Shown here in pieces: positions 26,851 through 33,521 of a DNA stretch of 35,118 nt. Positions within the stretch are counted from its first letter, which is position 1. Each line of letters opens with the position of its first letter. Where the stretch lies: contig CAZHOF010000001.1 of NCBI GenBank assembly GCA_964534105.1, positions 13,126-48,243 of the forward strand, read 5' to 3'. Position numbers and translations under genes: made by a program. This DNA comes from an uncultured Candidatus Saccharibacteria bacterium (GTDB lineage: Bacteria; Patescibacteriota; Minisyncoccia; UBA6257; GWB1-50-10). The notes below the pieces were generated by a model that saw only the letters and a list, made by a program, of their open reading frames with translations, did no database searches and was not told the DNA's origin.

Positions 26851-27093
26851 ATGCACTTTGTTTATGTGTTGAAAAGTACACGGGATGGCCATCGCTATGT
26901 TGGAAGCGCGAATGACGTGGAACGCCGTTTTCGAGAACACCAGCGCGGCAAAGTAAGCTCGACAGAACAGCGGCGACCCCTTATGCTTCTATACAGCGAG
27001 TGCTATACCACTCAAAAAGAAGCACTACAGCGGGAACAGTTTCTGAAGTCCGGAAAGGGGAGACAGTGGCTTGATGCAAGAGGGATACGGTAG
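26851..27093 (+). CDS. Small GIY-YIG nuclease family protein (YhbQ/UPF0213-like)
   Basis: 80 aa: FVYVLKS..DGHRYVGSANDVERRFREHQRGK...T...RP..LLYSE.Y....EAL.RE..LKS. Confidence 0.8.
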   Translation: MHFVYVLKSTRDGHRYVGSANDVERRFREHQRGKVSSTEQRRPLMLLYSECYTTQKEALQREQFLKSGKGRQWLDARGIR

Positions 27094-27126
27094 CTCGCCA
27101 AAGAGCAATAACAGAAAGTTGTAATA

Positions 27127-27161
27127 GGCCCCGTAGCTCAGTTGGTAGAGCACTACATTTG
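27127..27161 (+). pseudogene. tRNA-Ala-like 5' half, ending inside the anticodon
   Basis: GGCCCCG-TA-GCTC-AGTTGGTA-GAGC-A-CTACA-TTTG, then non-tRNA sequence TCCCGAT. Confidence 0.7.
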
Positions 27162-27211
27162 TCCCGATATTGTTCAAATTTTTCAAATTTGATTACAATA
27201 TCGAGGATCCT

Positions 27212-27320
27212 CGATAACTTTGGTGGGCCCGTAGCTTAGTTGGTAGAGCGCCACATTTGCAATGTGGAGGTCACCGGTTCGAATCCGGTCGGGTCCACCA
27301 TGGGCCCACCAAAGTTATCG
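27212..27320. repeat. 19-nt perfect inverted repeat bracketing tRNA-Ala
   Basis: CGATAACTTTGGTGGGCCC (27212-27230, including the first 6 nt of the tRNA) and GGGCCCACCAAAGTTATCG (27302-27320). Confidence 0.9.
27225..27300 (+). tRNA. tRNA-Ala(TGC), CCA encoded
   Basis: GGGCCCG-TA-GCTT-AGTTGGTA-GAGC-G-CCACA-TTTGCAA-TGTGG-AGGTC-ACCGG-TTCGAAT-CCGGT-CGGGTCC-A-CCA. G3:U70 is present. Confidence 0.95.
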
Positions 27321-27323
27321 GGA

Positions 27324-27361
27324 CAATGTAGGGGTCGCGGGTTCGAATCCCGCTCGGTCCA
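27324..27361 (+). pseudogene. tRNA-Ala-like 3' half (partner of 27127-27161)
   Basis: CAA-TGTAG-GGGTC-GCGGG-TTCGAAT-CCCGC-TCGGTCC-A. TGTAG complements CTACA of the 5' half. The acceptor complementarity is degraded. Confidence 0.7.
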
Positions 27362-27427
27362 CAAACGAGGATACTGCGTTCATTATCTCGGGATCGCGGA
27401 TAACATAATCGCATTACTCCTTGTTCT

Positions 27428-27472
27428 TCGGGACAATGTGGAGGTCACCGGTTCGAATCCGGTCGGGTCCAC
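27428..27472 (+). pseudogene. Orphan tRNA-Ala 3' half preceded by a TCGGGA junction
   Basis: 27434-27472 is identical to 27260-27298 of the intact gene (39 nt). It is preceded by TCGGGA, as at 27318. Confidence 0.8.
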
Positions 27473-27509
27473 ACGAATCACTTTAAACTACGCGTATCTG
27501 GAGCAGTCT

Positions 27510-27920
27510 ATGAAACTCTATATAACAGCAAGTTTTAAAAACGGAGAAAACGAGAAAGAAATTGAACGCCTTTGCGCGCTTGTGAAAGAAGCTGGATTTG
27601 AAGATTTTTGTTTTATCCGTGACGTTGAAAATTATCAAAAACTTTTTGATAACCCGCAGGAATTGATGCAACGTGCGAAGGAGGAGATTGAAAAGTCAGA
27701 CGGATTGCTTATTGATGTGACTGAGAAACCGACGGGGAGGGCAATAGAAGCAGGAATTGCATTTGCGCTAGGAAAGAAGATTGTTGTCATAGCAAAAAGT
27801 GGGACGAAGATTAAAGATACTACGAGGGGAATCACTGACATTGTGGTTGAATACAATGTCATTGACGATATTGTCCAGCCATTACAAGAATGGCTTTCAG
27901 GGATAGAAACATCTCAATAA
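27510..27920 (+). CDS. Nucleoside 2-deoxyribosyltransferase-like protein
   Basis: 136 aa. MKLYITASF.., LLIDVTEKPTGRAIEAGIAFALGKKIVVI matches the PF05014-type acidic-residue/Gly-rich core. GGAG lies 6 nt upstream of the ATG. The annotated 27240 start only reads through tRNA sequence. Confidence 0.7.
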   Translation: MKLYITASFKNGENEKEIERLCALVKEAGFEDFCFIRDVENYQKLFDNPQELMQRAKEEIEKSDGLLIDVTEKPTGRAIEAGIAFALGKKIVVIAKSGTKIKDTTRGITDIVVEYNVIDDIVQPLQEWLSGIETSQ

Positions 27921-28012
27921 TTTGGTTCTAATTAACACACATGAAGTCAAAAAAGTATCTTAATAAAAATCGGATTCAAATAGGAGCGGGGGCGGAAGAA
28001 CATCCGAGGTAA

Positions 28013-28021
28013 TGGTATAAT
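28013..28021 (+). promoter_or_regulatory. Extended -10 element upstream of the zinc-ribbon operon
   Basis: TGGTATAAT, 32 nt upstream of the 28054 ATG. Confidence 0.4.
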
Positions 28022-28053
28022 GTATATTACACACACTAATACACGACAAAACT

Positions 28054-28533
28054 ATGTTTTGCTCAAATTGCGGTACGAAAGTTAAAGGAAAGGCGAGTTT
28101 TTGTCAAAGTTGCGGCAAATCAATCGACAAGGGAAAAGCAACTACTTTAGCGGAAAGAACGGTGTCCGAATTTATGATCGCAAATCTTTTCAAGGGAAGA
28201 ATTGGGAGAAAGGAATGGGTATTGGGAATTATTCTTTTGATTGGAATGTTGTTTGCAACCGCCTTTCTTATTGCAAGTATTTCTGAATATCTTATTTTAT
28301 TAATTCCATTGTACATTGTTTATGCAGTTTTTCTTTTTTCACTTCATATTCGCCGCCTTCACGATTTGAACTATTCTGGGTGGGTTGCGTTAGTTTTTAG
28401 CATTCCAATAGCTAACTTGATATTACTTCTTATTTTAACCCTCTCTAGTGGAAAAGAGATAGAGAATAGATATGGGAAGAAGCTAGACCCGAACGCGAAA
28501 TTATTAGACGTTTTATTAGGCAAAGTGAATTAG
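28054..28533 (+). CDS. Zinc-ribbon / DUF805-like inner membrane protein
   Basis: N-terminal MFCSNCG..FCQSCG. GRIGRKEW, RRLHDLNYSGW and 3-4 TM helices are typical of DUF805 (YhaH-like). Confidence 0.7.
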   Translation: MFCSNCGTKVKGKASFCQSCGKSIDKGKATTLAERTVSEFMIANLFKGRIGRKEWVLGIILLIGMLFATAFLIASISEYLILLIPLYIVYAVFLFSLHIRRLHDLNYSGWVALVFSIPIANLILLLILTLSSGKEIENRYGKKLDPNAKLLDVLLGKVN

Positions 28534-28546
28534 TTAGATAGGCACC

Positions 28547-29233
28547 ATGTTCTGTACTAATTGTGGAGATAAGGTTAACGATGGAATTAAATTCTGCGGG
28601 AAATGTGGCAAAATTATTATCAATAAAAGCACAAACTTAAATTCTAGACGGACATCACCGCCCACCTATGAAAGAATAGAAAATTCAATATCTTACCTCC
28701 CCCAAATAATTCACGAGAAATCGAATCGGAGGTTATATTTTGGATATTTGCTGCTTACTGTGGCAGTTATTTTTTTCATTTATCAGATTAATTATGTTGC
28801 AATCGGACTCACTTGTTGGGGCGGATTTCTTGTTTTTAGACGGATAACTGATCGTGAAGACAAAAAGCATTATGCTTATCAGATTACCTCCTTAGCTGGA
28901 TATCAAAATATAAATGATTTATCGAAAGATTTTATTAGGACTGAAAAAGTTGGAATTGTAAAAATCGGTAGTTATAAGTTAAATAGCGATTTTCTTTCAA
29001 GGGAAAAGTTTTTCTCATATGAAATATATCCGATGTCGCAAATGTTCTGGGCCTATAAGAAGATCATTAGGAAAAGTATTAATTTTATACCAGTAGGCAA
29101 GGACTATGAGATAGTTATGCATTTCAAGCCAGATAAGGTAGTGTCCATTAAAGAACCGGAGAAAAGCACTGATCGGCATCTCATGCTTTTAATCCATCTT
29201 TGTCCAGAGGCAGAATTTGGATACGCGAAATAA
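28547..29233 (+). CDS. Zinc-ribbon membrane protein with an unknown C-terminal domain
   Basis: N-terminal MFCTNCG..FCGKCG, two hydrophobic helices, and a C-terminal domain of about 130 aa with no motif I recognise. Confidence 0.6.
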   Translation: MFCTNCGDKVNDGIKFCGKCGKIIINKSTNLNSRRTSPPTYERIENSISYLPQIIHEKSNRRLYFGYLLLTVAVIFFIYQINYVAIGLTCWGGFLVFRRITDREDKKHYAYQITSLAGYQNINDLSKDFIRTEKVGIVKIGSYKLNSDFLSREKFFSYEIYPMSQMFWAYKKIIRKSINFIPVGKDYEIVMHFKPDKVVSIKEPEKSTDRHLMLLIHLCPEAEFGYAK

Positions 29234-29249
29234 TCTTTTATAATCAGAC

Positions 29250-30305
29250 ATGTTTTGTAAACATTGTGGAGAAAAAATAAAAAAAAGTAATAAGTTTTGT
29301 AATTTCTGCGGTCAGGCTCTATTGCCAACAACACTAACAGAACAAAAGAGAGATTGGAATGGTTATCTTTGGAAAGCTCTACTTGTATCAGCAATTGTAA
29401 TAGCGATTGGCTTATATGCATTTATTTACTTTAGCGATCACGCTTCTGAAGATGATCACGCTTCTTCTCTTTTAAATGAGCTTGATCCTAATATTCAACC
29501 AGTCGGTTATTTCGATGATCCTAATGTTTTTGAATCAGAAAGTATCAGCGACGAGGAATGGTTTTCGCACCTTCAATATTATGAAATTGAAGATATTGCT
29601 CCCATATATGACAAATCTAGATTTCAATTCCCAAACCAGAGGGAAATACTTAGCTCAGTAGTAAAAATAGTTTGTGAAGATTCGAATTATTTTTATTATG
29701 GTTCAGGAACTAATTTTGATAGCGGTGGCTACGTTCTTACAAACTTACACGTTTTAGAAAACATAAACGGGAGATGTGTTATAGGATTTCCCGATCCCGA
29801 ATCCGGTTTAATAAAAGAAGCGTATTGGGCAGCTCCAATTATTGATAAAGACAACATCACTGGCCATGACTTAGCTTACTTATCCGTGGAGGACCCAGTA
29901 TTTGATGAGAGTTATAATATTTATGGGTATTATGACAAAATATTCGACGGTTCATTTTCTTATTTTGAAATAACAGAAGATTGTTCTAGTACCCCTACCC
30001 AACTTGGAGATAGATTATTCGTGGTTGGTTACCCACCTCTCAGTGGGGGAGCACTCACAATTACTGACGGTCTGGTGAGTAGTTTGTATTCTCGAGATGG
30101 TTACATCATTACTTCAGCGAAAATTGTTAGTGGTAATTCTGGCGGATTAGCTGTAGATGGACAAGGTTGTTATGTGGGGGTGCCAACAGCTGTATATTAT
30201 GAAGAGGGAGATGAGTATCTTGGCGAAATTATTGATGCAGAATTTGTTGACGAATTTGATGAGGCTGTTACAGATGATATCGACGAGTATTTTAATTCTC
30301 TGTAG
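29250..30305 (+). CDS. Zinc-ribbon-anchored trypsin-like serine protease
   Basis: N-terminal MFCKHCG..FCNFCG and one TM helix. The protease core has GSGTNFDSGGYVLTNLHV (His), GHDLAYL (Asp) and GNSGGLAVD (Ser). The C-terminal tail is acidic. Confidence 0.75.
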   Translation: MFCKHCGEKIKKSNKFCNFCGQALLPTTLTEQKRDWNGYLWKALLVSAIVIAIGLYAFIYFSDHASEDDHASSLLNELDPNIQPVGYFDDPNVFESESISDEEWFSHLQYYEIEDIAPIYDKSRFQFPNQREILSSVVKIVCEDSNYFYYGSGTNFDSGGYVLTNLHVLENINGRCVIGFPDPESGLIKEAYWAAPIIDKDNITGHDLAYLSVEDPVFDESYNIYGYYDKIFDGSFSYFEITEDCSSTPTQLGDRLFVVGYPPLSGGALTITDGLVSSLYSRDGYIITSAKIVSGNSGGLAVDGQGCYVGVPTAVYYEEGDEYLGEIIDAEFVDEFDEAVTDDIDEYFNSL

Positions 30306-30330
30306 GCCTATCTGCCCCTAAACCTAAGGG

Positions 30331-30367
30331 AATAAATGACTCAACCGGTTGAGTCATTTATTTTTCT
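30331..30367. terminator. Strong bidirectional intrinsic terminator
   Basis: 32-nt perfect palindrome AATAAATGACTCAACC/GGTTGAGTCATTTATT, followed by TTTTT. Confidence 0.8.
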
Positions 30368-30523
30368 GTCGCATTTCCTCATCACGGGCGGCGAGGCAAT
30401 CTTAGTTTTTGCTCAATCGCGGCAGAATTCCTACCCCCGATCTTCTCGTCGCGCCCGGCGGGTGTCCGGCCAAGCCACGAAGCAGTAAGGCATACTACTT
30501 ATGCATAGTAATCACTTTCTACG

Positions 30524-30532
30524 TGTTATAAT
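30524..30532 (+). promoter_or_regulatory. Extended -10 element upstream of the four-gene operon
   Basis: TGTTATAAT, 73 nt upstream of the 30606 ATG. Confidence 0.4.
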
Positions 30533-30605
30533 GTCCATAATAAGAAAAAACTGAGCAGTTTCGGCAAGAAAAGGGGCTCTTGCAAGACAAATTCTCCAAA
30601 AAGCT

Positions 30606-31604
30606 ATGTCTATATCTGAAAAATTACAAACTAGTGCGCTCGCTACAATCACGGCTCTCACTGTGCCGGTAATACTGCTGAATTTACTCGGCGGGATTGT
30701 GTCGGGTACCTGGTTAGCTATTTTAGGCGAATGGGGCGAAATAATCAGGGGCATAATCTTTTTTGTAGCGTCTGGTTTCGCTGTTTCTTTTGCCCTTATG
30801 CCCAGCTTGCTTTTTGCCGGACCTGCGGCAATAGCAATGGAGCGCGGTAAAAAGATTCTCGGAGCATTGTTTGGCTCGCTTAGCATACTTTATACCGTCG
30901 CCCTGATTACAGTGTGGTGTATTTGGGTCATGTGGCTTTTTGTGAGTTCTGCGGCTGAAAGCTCACTTATCCCACTATTGTTTTGGTCGTATGGCGTTGC
31001 CCTCGGGCCTTGGATGTGGCTTGCACAAAAAGATCAACAGGGCGGTGGAAATGAATTTTCGATACTCACGACATTTTTTGCACAAGCGGCATATATTTTG
31101 GGAATGATAATGTTTTTCTTTAATGCAACACTTGGAACTATTGCCGTAATATTTGGAATAATTATGCTTTCTGGTGCAATCTTCCAAATGATAATAGTGT
31201 TTGGCGGAGAAATGAAAAAATCGTTTGCTTCAAAAGATATTAAGGAAGCATTGGTAATTTTAGATGAAATAGGACGAACCATCGGCGGATCAGGTTTTGA
31301 TCTAGTACGGGAGCCAGTTGAAAAGTATCTTGTTTCTCATGGCAAGGAATACAAAGAAACCGTAAGTGAAACCTCCGCCCGCCAATGGGTTTATTCCGCC
31401 GTTGCCAATACTGCCGGAGATTTTATGGAAAGCGGACACTATCATATTTATCGTGGTGTGCTCAACCCAATGGGGCCGGGCGGAGACTTATTAAAACTCT
31501 TCGATAGTACGATTGATGAGCTTGTCAAAATGGGAGCATTGGAAGCGGAAAATGCGAAGAAAGAAAAAGCACGGCTCCGAAAGAATATGGACCAAATGGG
31601 ATAA
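30606..31604 (+). CDS. Polytopic membrane protein with a soluble C-terminal domain (unknown family)
   Basis: 332 aa with about 6 hydrophobic helices in the first 200 aa. The C-terminal region is soluble (GHYHIYRGVLNPMGPGGDLL). Confidence 0.65.
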   Translation: MSISEKLQTSALATITALTVPVILLNLLGGIVSGTWLAILGEWGEIIRGIIFFVASGFAVSFALMPSLLFAGPAAIAMERGKKILGALFGSLSILYTVALITVWCIWVMWLFVSSAAESSLIPLLFWSYGVALGPWMWLAQKDQQGGGNEFSILTTFFAQAAYILGMIMFFFNATLGTIAVIFGIIMLSGAIFQMIIVFGGEMKKSFASKDIKEALVILDEIGRTIGGSGFDLVREPVEKYLVSHGKEYKETVSETSARQWVYSAVANTAGDFMESGHYHIYRGVLNPMGPGGDLLKLFDSTIDELVKMGALEAENAKKEKARLRKNMDQMG

Positions 31605-31607
31605 AAC

Positions 31608-32585
31608 ATGCCGAAATCAAATCGAGAAAAACTAAAAGAATTACAAACAACCCTCGAACAAATTAAACAGAGAGCTAATGAGATTGAACAAAAAATCAAC
31701 AACAGCCAAGTTTCTCTCGATCAAATTTCCCAACATAAAACGAGCGCGGAGCAGTGGCGCGGGGAAATTGAAACAATAAAGAACCAGTCGACAGAAGCCC
31801 GTGGCGAGATAGAAGCGCTAAAAGAAGAAATCGAGGAAACGAAAGATGAACTCACTGAAAAACTGAATGCGGTTGAAGTAAAGAAAGAAGACATTGATAA
31901 ATTCTTCATCAAAATTTTTGGCGAGGAAGATGAACAAGGAAAACAATCAGGCGGACTTAGTACGAGATTAAATCAGAAAGAAAAAGAGGCAGATACTTTC
32001 CTTAACGCTCAAGAGAAAAAATACAAGGAGCTGTTTGAAAAGATAGAATCCCTATTACCGGGAGCAGCAAGTACGGGGCTAGCTAAGGCATATTATGACC
32101 AGAAAATTAGCTACAAATGGCCGATTAGGGCTTGGGCTATTGTTTTCGTTCTAGCGTTAGTAGGCGTATTTATAACTGGCCTATTAAGTTACGAAAATGG
32201 TATCAAACTTAGCTTCGAGGAACTTCTTAATGTTGAACAAGCCACATCAAAACTGATTGCTAGAATTCCATTTTTCTTTGCGCTTATTTGGTTGGCGGCA
32301 TTTAGCTCTAAGCAGTACAGACAGAATAAGAGATTAGAGCAGGAGTATGCTCATAAGGAAGTACTGGCGAAATCGTATCAGGGGTATAAGCGAGAACTTG
32401 AATCACAAGGGAAAACAGCGGCTGACAAAGAGATTATTGCTGCTTTACATAAAGTCCTAGTTGCCACAATAGCAAAAAATCCGAGCGAAATAATGGACGA
32501 TGGACGCAAAGACGATACGCCGTCAATTTGGACCAAACCGTTCAATTTAACAATATTTGGGAAAGATAAGAATGGACAAAAATAA
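31608..32585 (+). CDS. Coiled-coil protein with a 2-TM hairpin (unknown family)
   Basis: 325 aa. The first 150 aa or so are E/K/Q-rich. Then LPGAASTGLAKAYY and two helices (WAIVFVLALVGVFITGLL, IPFFFALIWLAAF), followed by a charged tail. Confidence 0.65.
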   Translation: MPKSNREKLKELQTTLEQIKQRANEIEQKINNSQVSLDQISQHKTSAEQWRGEIETIKNQSTEARGEIEALKEEIEETKDELTEKLNAVEVKKEDIDKFFIKIFGEEDEQGKQSGGLSTRLNQKEKEADTFLNAQEKKYKELFEKIESLLPGAASTGLAKAYYDQKISYKWPIRAWAIVFVLALVGVFITGLLSYENGIKLSFEELLNVEQATSKLIARIPFFFALIWLAAFSSKQYRQNKRLEQEYAHKEVLAKSYQGYKRELESQGKTAADKEIIAALHKVLVATIAKNPSEIMDDGRKDDTPSIWTKPFNLTIFGKDKNGQK

Positions 32586-32597
32586 CATACAAACCCC

Positions 32598-33521
32598 ATG
32601 ATTGTGCCTAAAAGGATAACCAAAAGGAAAATTACTATACCTATATCTAGTACCAATGGAGGAAATAGCGTTGCTCGGACAGACATTCAGTTTGGAAGTA
32701 AGAGTATTACTTTATTAATAGGGCTGGATTTACTGATTAGGATTCAGTACAAAGAACAACGCGAGAAAAAAGTTCTTAAAACACTTAAAGGTAAAATTCT
32801 TAGAGACAGAAGACTCTTCACGGCAAAAAACCGAAAGTCTACCCAAAAGTTTTTAGTTGCTGACCGAGAAATAAGAGAGTTGTTAAATAAGGACAAAAAG
32901 GAGTTAAATAAAAGAAATAAGTCAGAGTTCGAAGACTTTTCTAGTAATCTTAAGCGAAGACAGGATTTACTATTAAAAATAGCGAAGGATTTAAACTTCG
33001 ATGTTGTCCGATCGCATAAGGAATACATTTGTAAAAATTGCAACGGGTTTCGAGCAGGGCCTAGTCTTGCAGCAACAAGCAAACCAACATGCGCATTATG
33101 TAAAAACCTACTCAAAGGATTTAATATTCAGCAAATAGATACAGATGTGGCGGCTTATTTAACTGGTTATTGGTTAGAAGATTATGTTGCTAATATTCTA
33201 AGTAAAAATAATTGGGAAGCATGGTCATCTCCCACTCTATTGGTCTATGGTGTATCCGGAGCTTCTCATCAAGTTGATGTGCTAGCAATCAAAGACGGGC
33301 GAATTCTTATTATTGAGTGTAAAACAGGAGAATTCGCGCCAACTCAAGTTATGAATTTTTTAGGAAAGTACCATGATATCCGTTGCCATCAAGCGCTAGC
33401 TGTTTCAATTGGAAAGATTCACCCGGATGCCAGAAAAATAATAGAAAAGAATGTGGCGATAGATTATTATGATAATATAAATGACTATAAAAAATTAATT
33501 GAGAAAATTAAAAAATTATGA
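32598..33521 (+). CDS. Zn-ribbon plus PD-(D/E)xK (NERD/restriction-endonuclease-like) nuclease
   Basis: 307 aa with a K/R-rich N-terminus and CKNCNG...CALCKN. The core HQVDVLAIKDGRILIIECKTGE shows a D...ExK pattern. Confidence 0.65.
   Translation: MIVPKRITKRKITIPISSTNGGNSVARTDIQFGSKSITLLIGLDLLIRIQYKEQREKKVLKTLKGKILRDRRLFTAKNRKSTQKFLVADREIRELLNKDKKELNKRNKSEFEDFSSNLKRRQDLLLKIAKDLNFDVVRSHKEYICKNCNGFRAGPSLAATSKPTCALCKNLLKGFNIQQIDTDVAAYLTGYWLEDYVANILSKNNWEAWSSPTLLVYGVSGASHQVDVLAIKDGRILIIECKTGEFAPTQVMNFLGKYHDIRCHQALAVSIGKIHPDARKIIEKNVAIDYYDNINDYKKLIEKIKKL

Larger units (their letters stand above)
27162..27323 (+). mobile_element. 162-nt insertion-like or intron-like element with TCCCGAT...ATCGGGA termini, containing an intact tRNA-Ala
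   Basis: 7-bp complementary termini. Internal hairpin CGATATTGT/ACAATATCG (27165-27173/27195-27203). 16-nt palindrome ATCGAGGATCCTCGAT (27200-27215). A 19-nt inverted repeat surrounds the tRNA. Confidence 0.45.

Noticed and set aside
27162-27323. Classical archaeal-type bulge-helix-bulge intron, or group I intron, in the tRNA-Ala-like gene.
   Set aside because: The junction helix is continuous, with a single bulged T rather than two 3-nt bulges around a 4-bp helix. The 68-162 nt elements are too short for group I introns as I know them, and I could not identify any group I core helices in them. A non-canonical splicing mechanism is left open as a hypothesis only.
27240-27509. The N-terminal 90 codons of the tracked ORF 27240..27920.
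   Set aside because: This part of the frame is just a read-through of tRNA-Ala and the tRNA half genes (translated ..VEVTGSNPVGST.. twice). The real gene starts at ATG 27510, which has a GGAG upstream.
30440-30500. SRP (4.5S) RNA, because GTCCGG..GAAGCAG..AAGGC resembles the helix 8 consensus GUCCGGAAGGAAGCAGCCAAGGC.
   Set aside because: I could not form the GNRA-capped helix 8 or a complementary 3' strand. The resemblance is limited to short G/A-rich words. The region is kept only as an unexplained GC-rich patch.
30512-30886. 124-aa minus-strand ORF.
   Set aside because: It is antisense to the promoter region and the 5' end of the well-formed membrane-protein gene 30606..31604. It has no start context or motifs.
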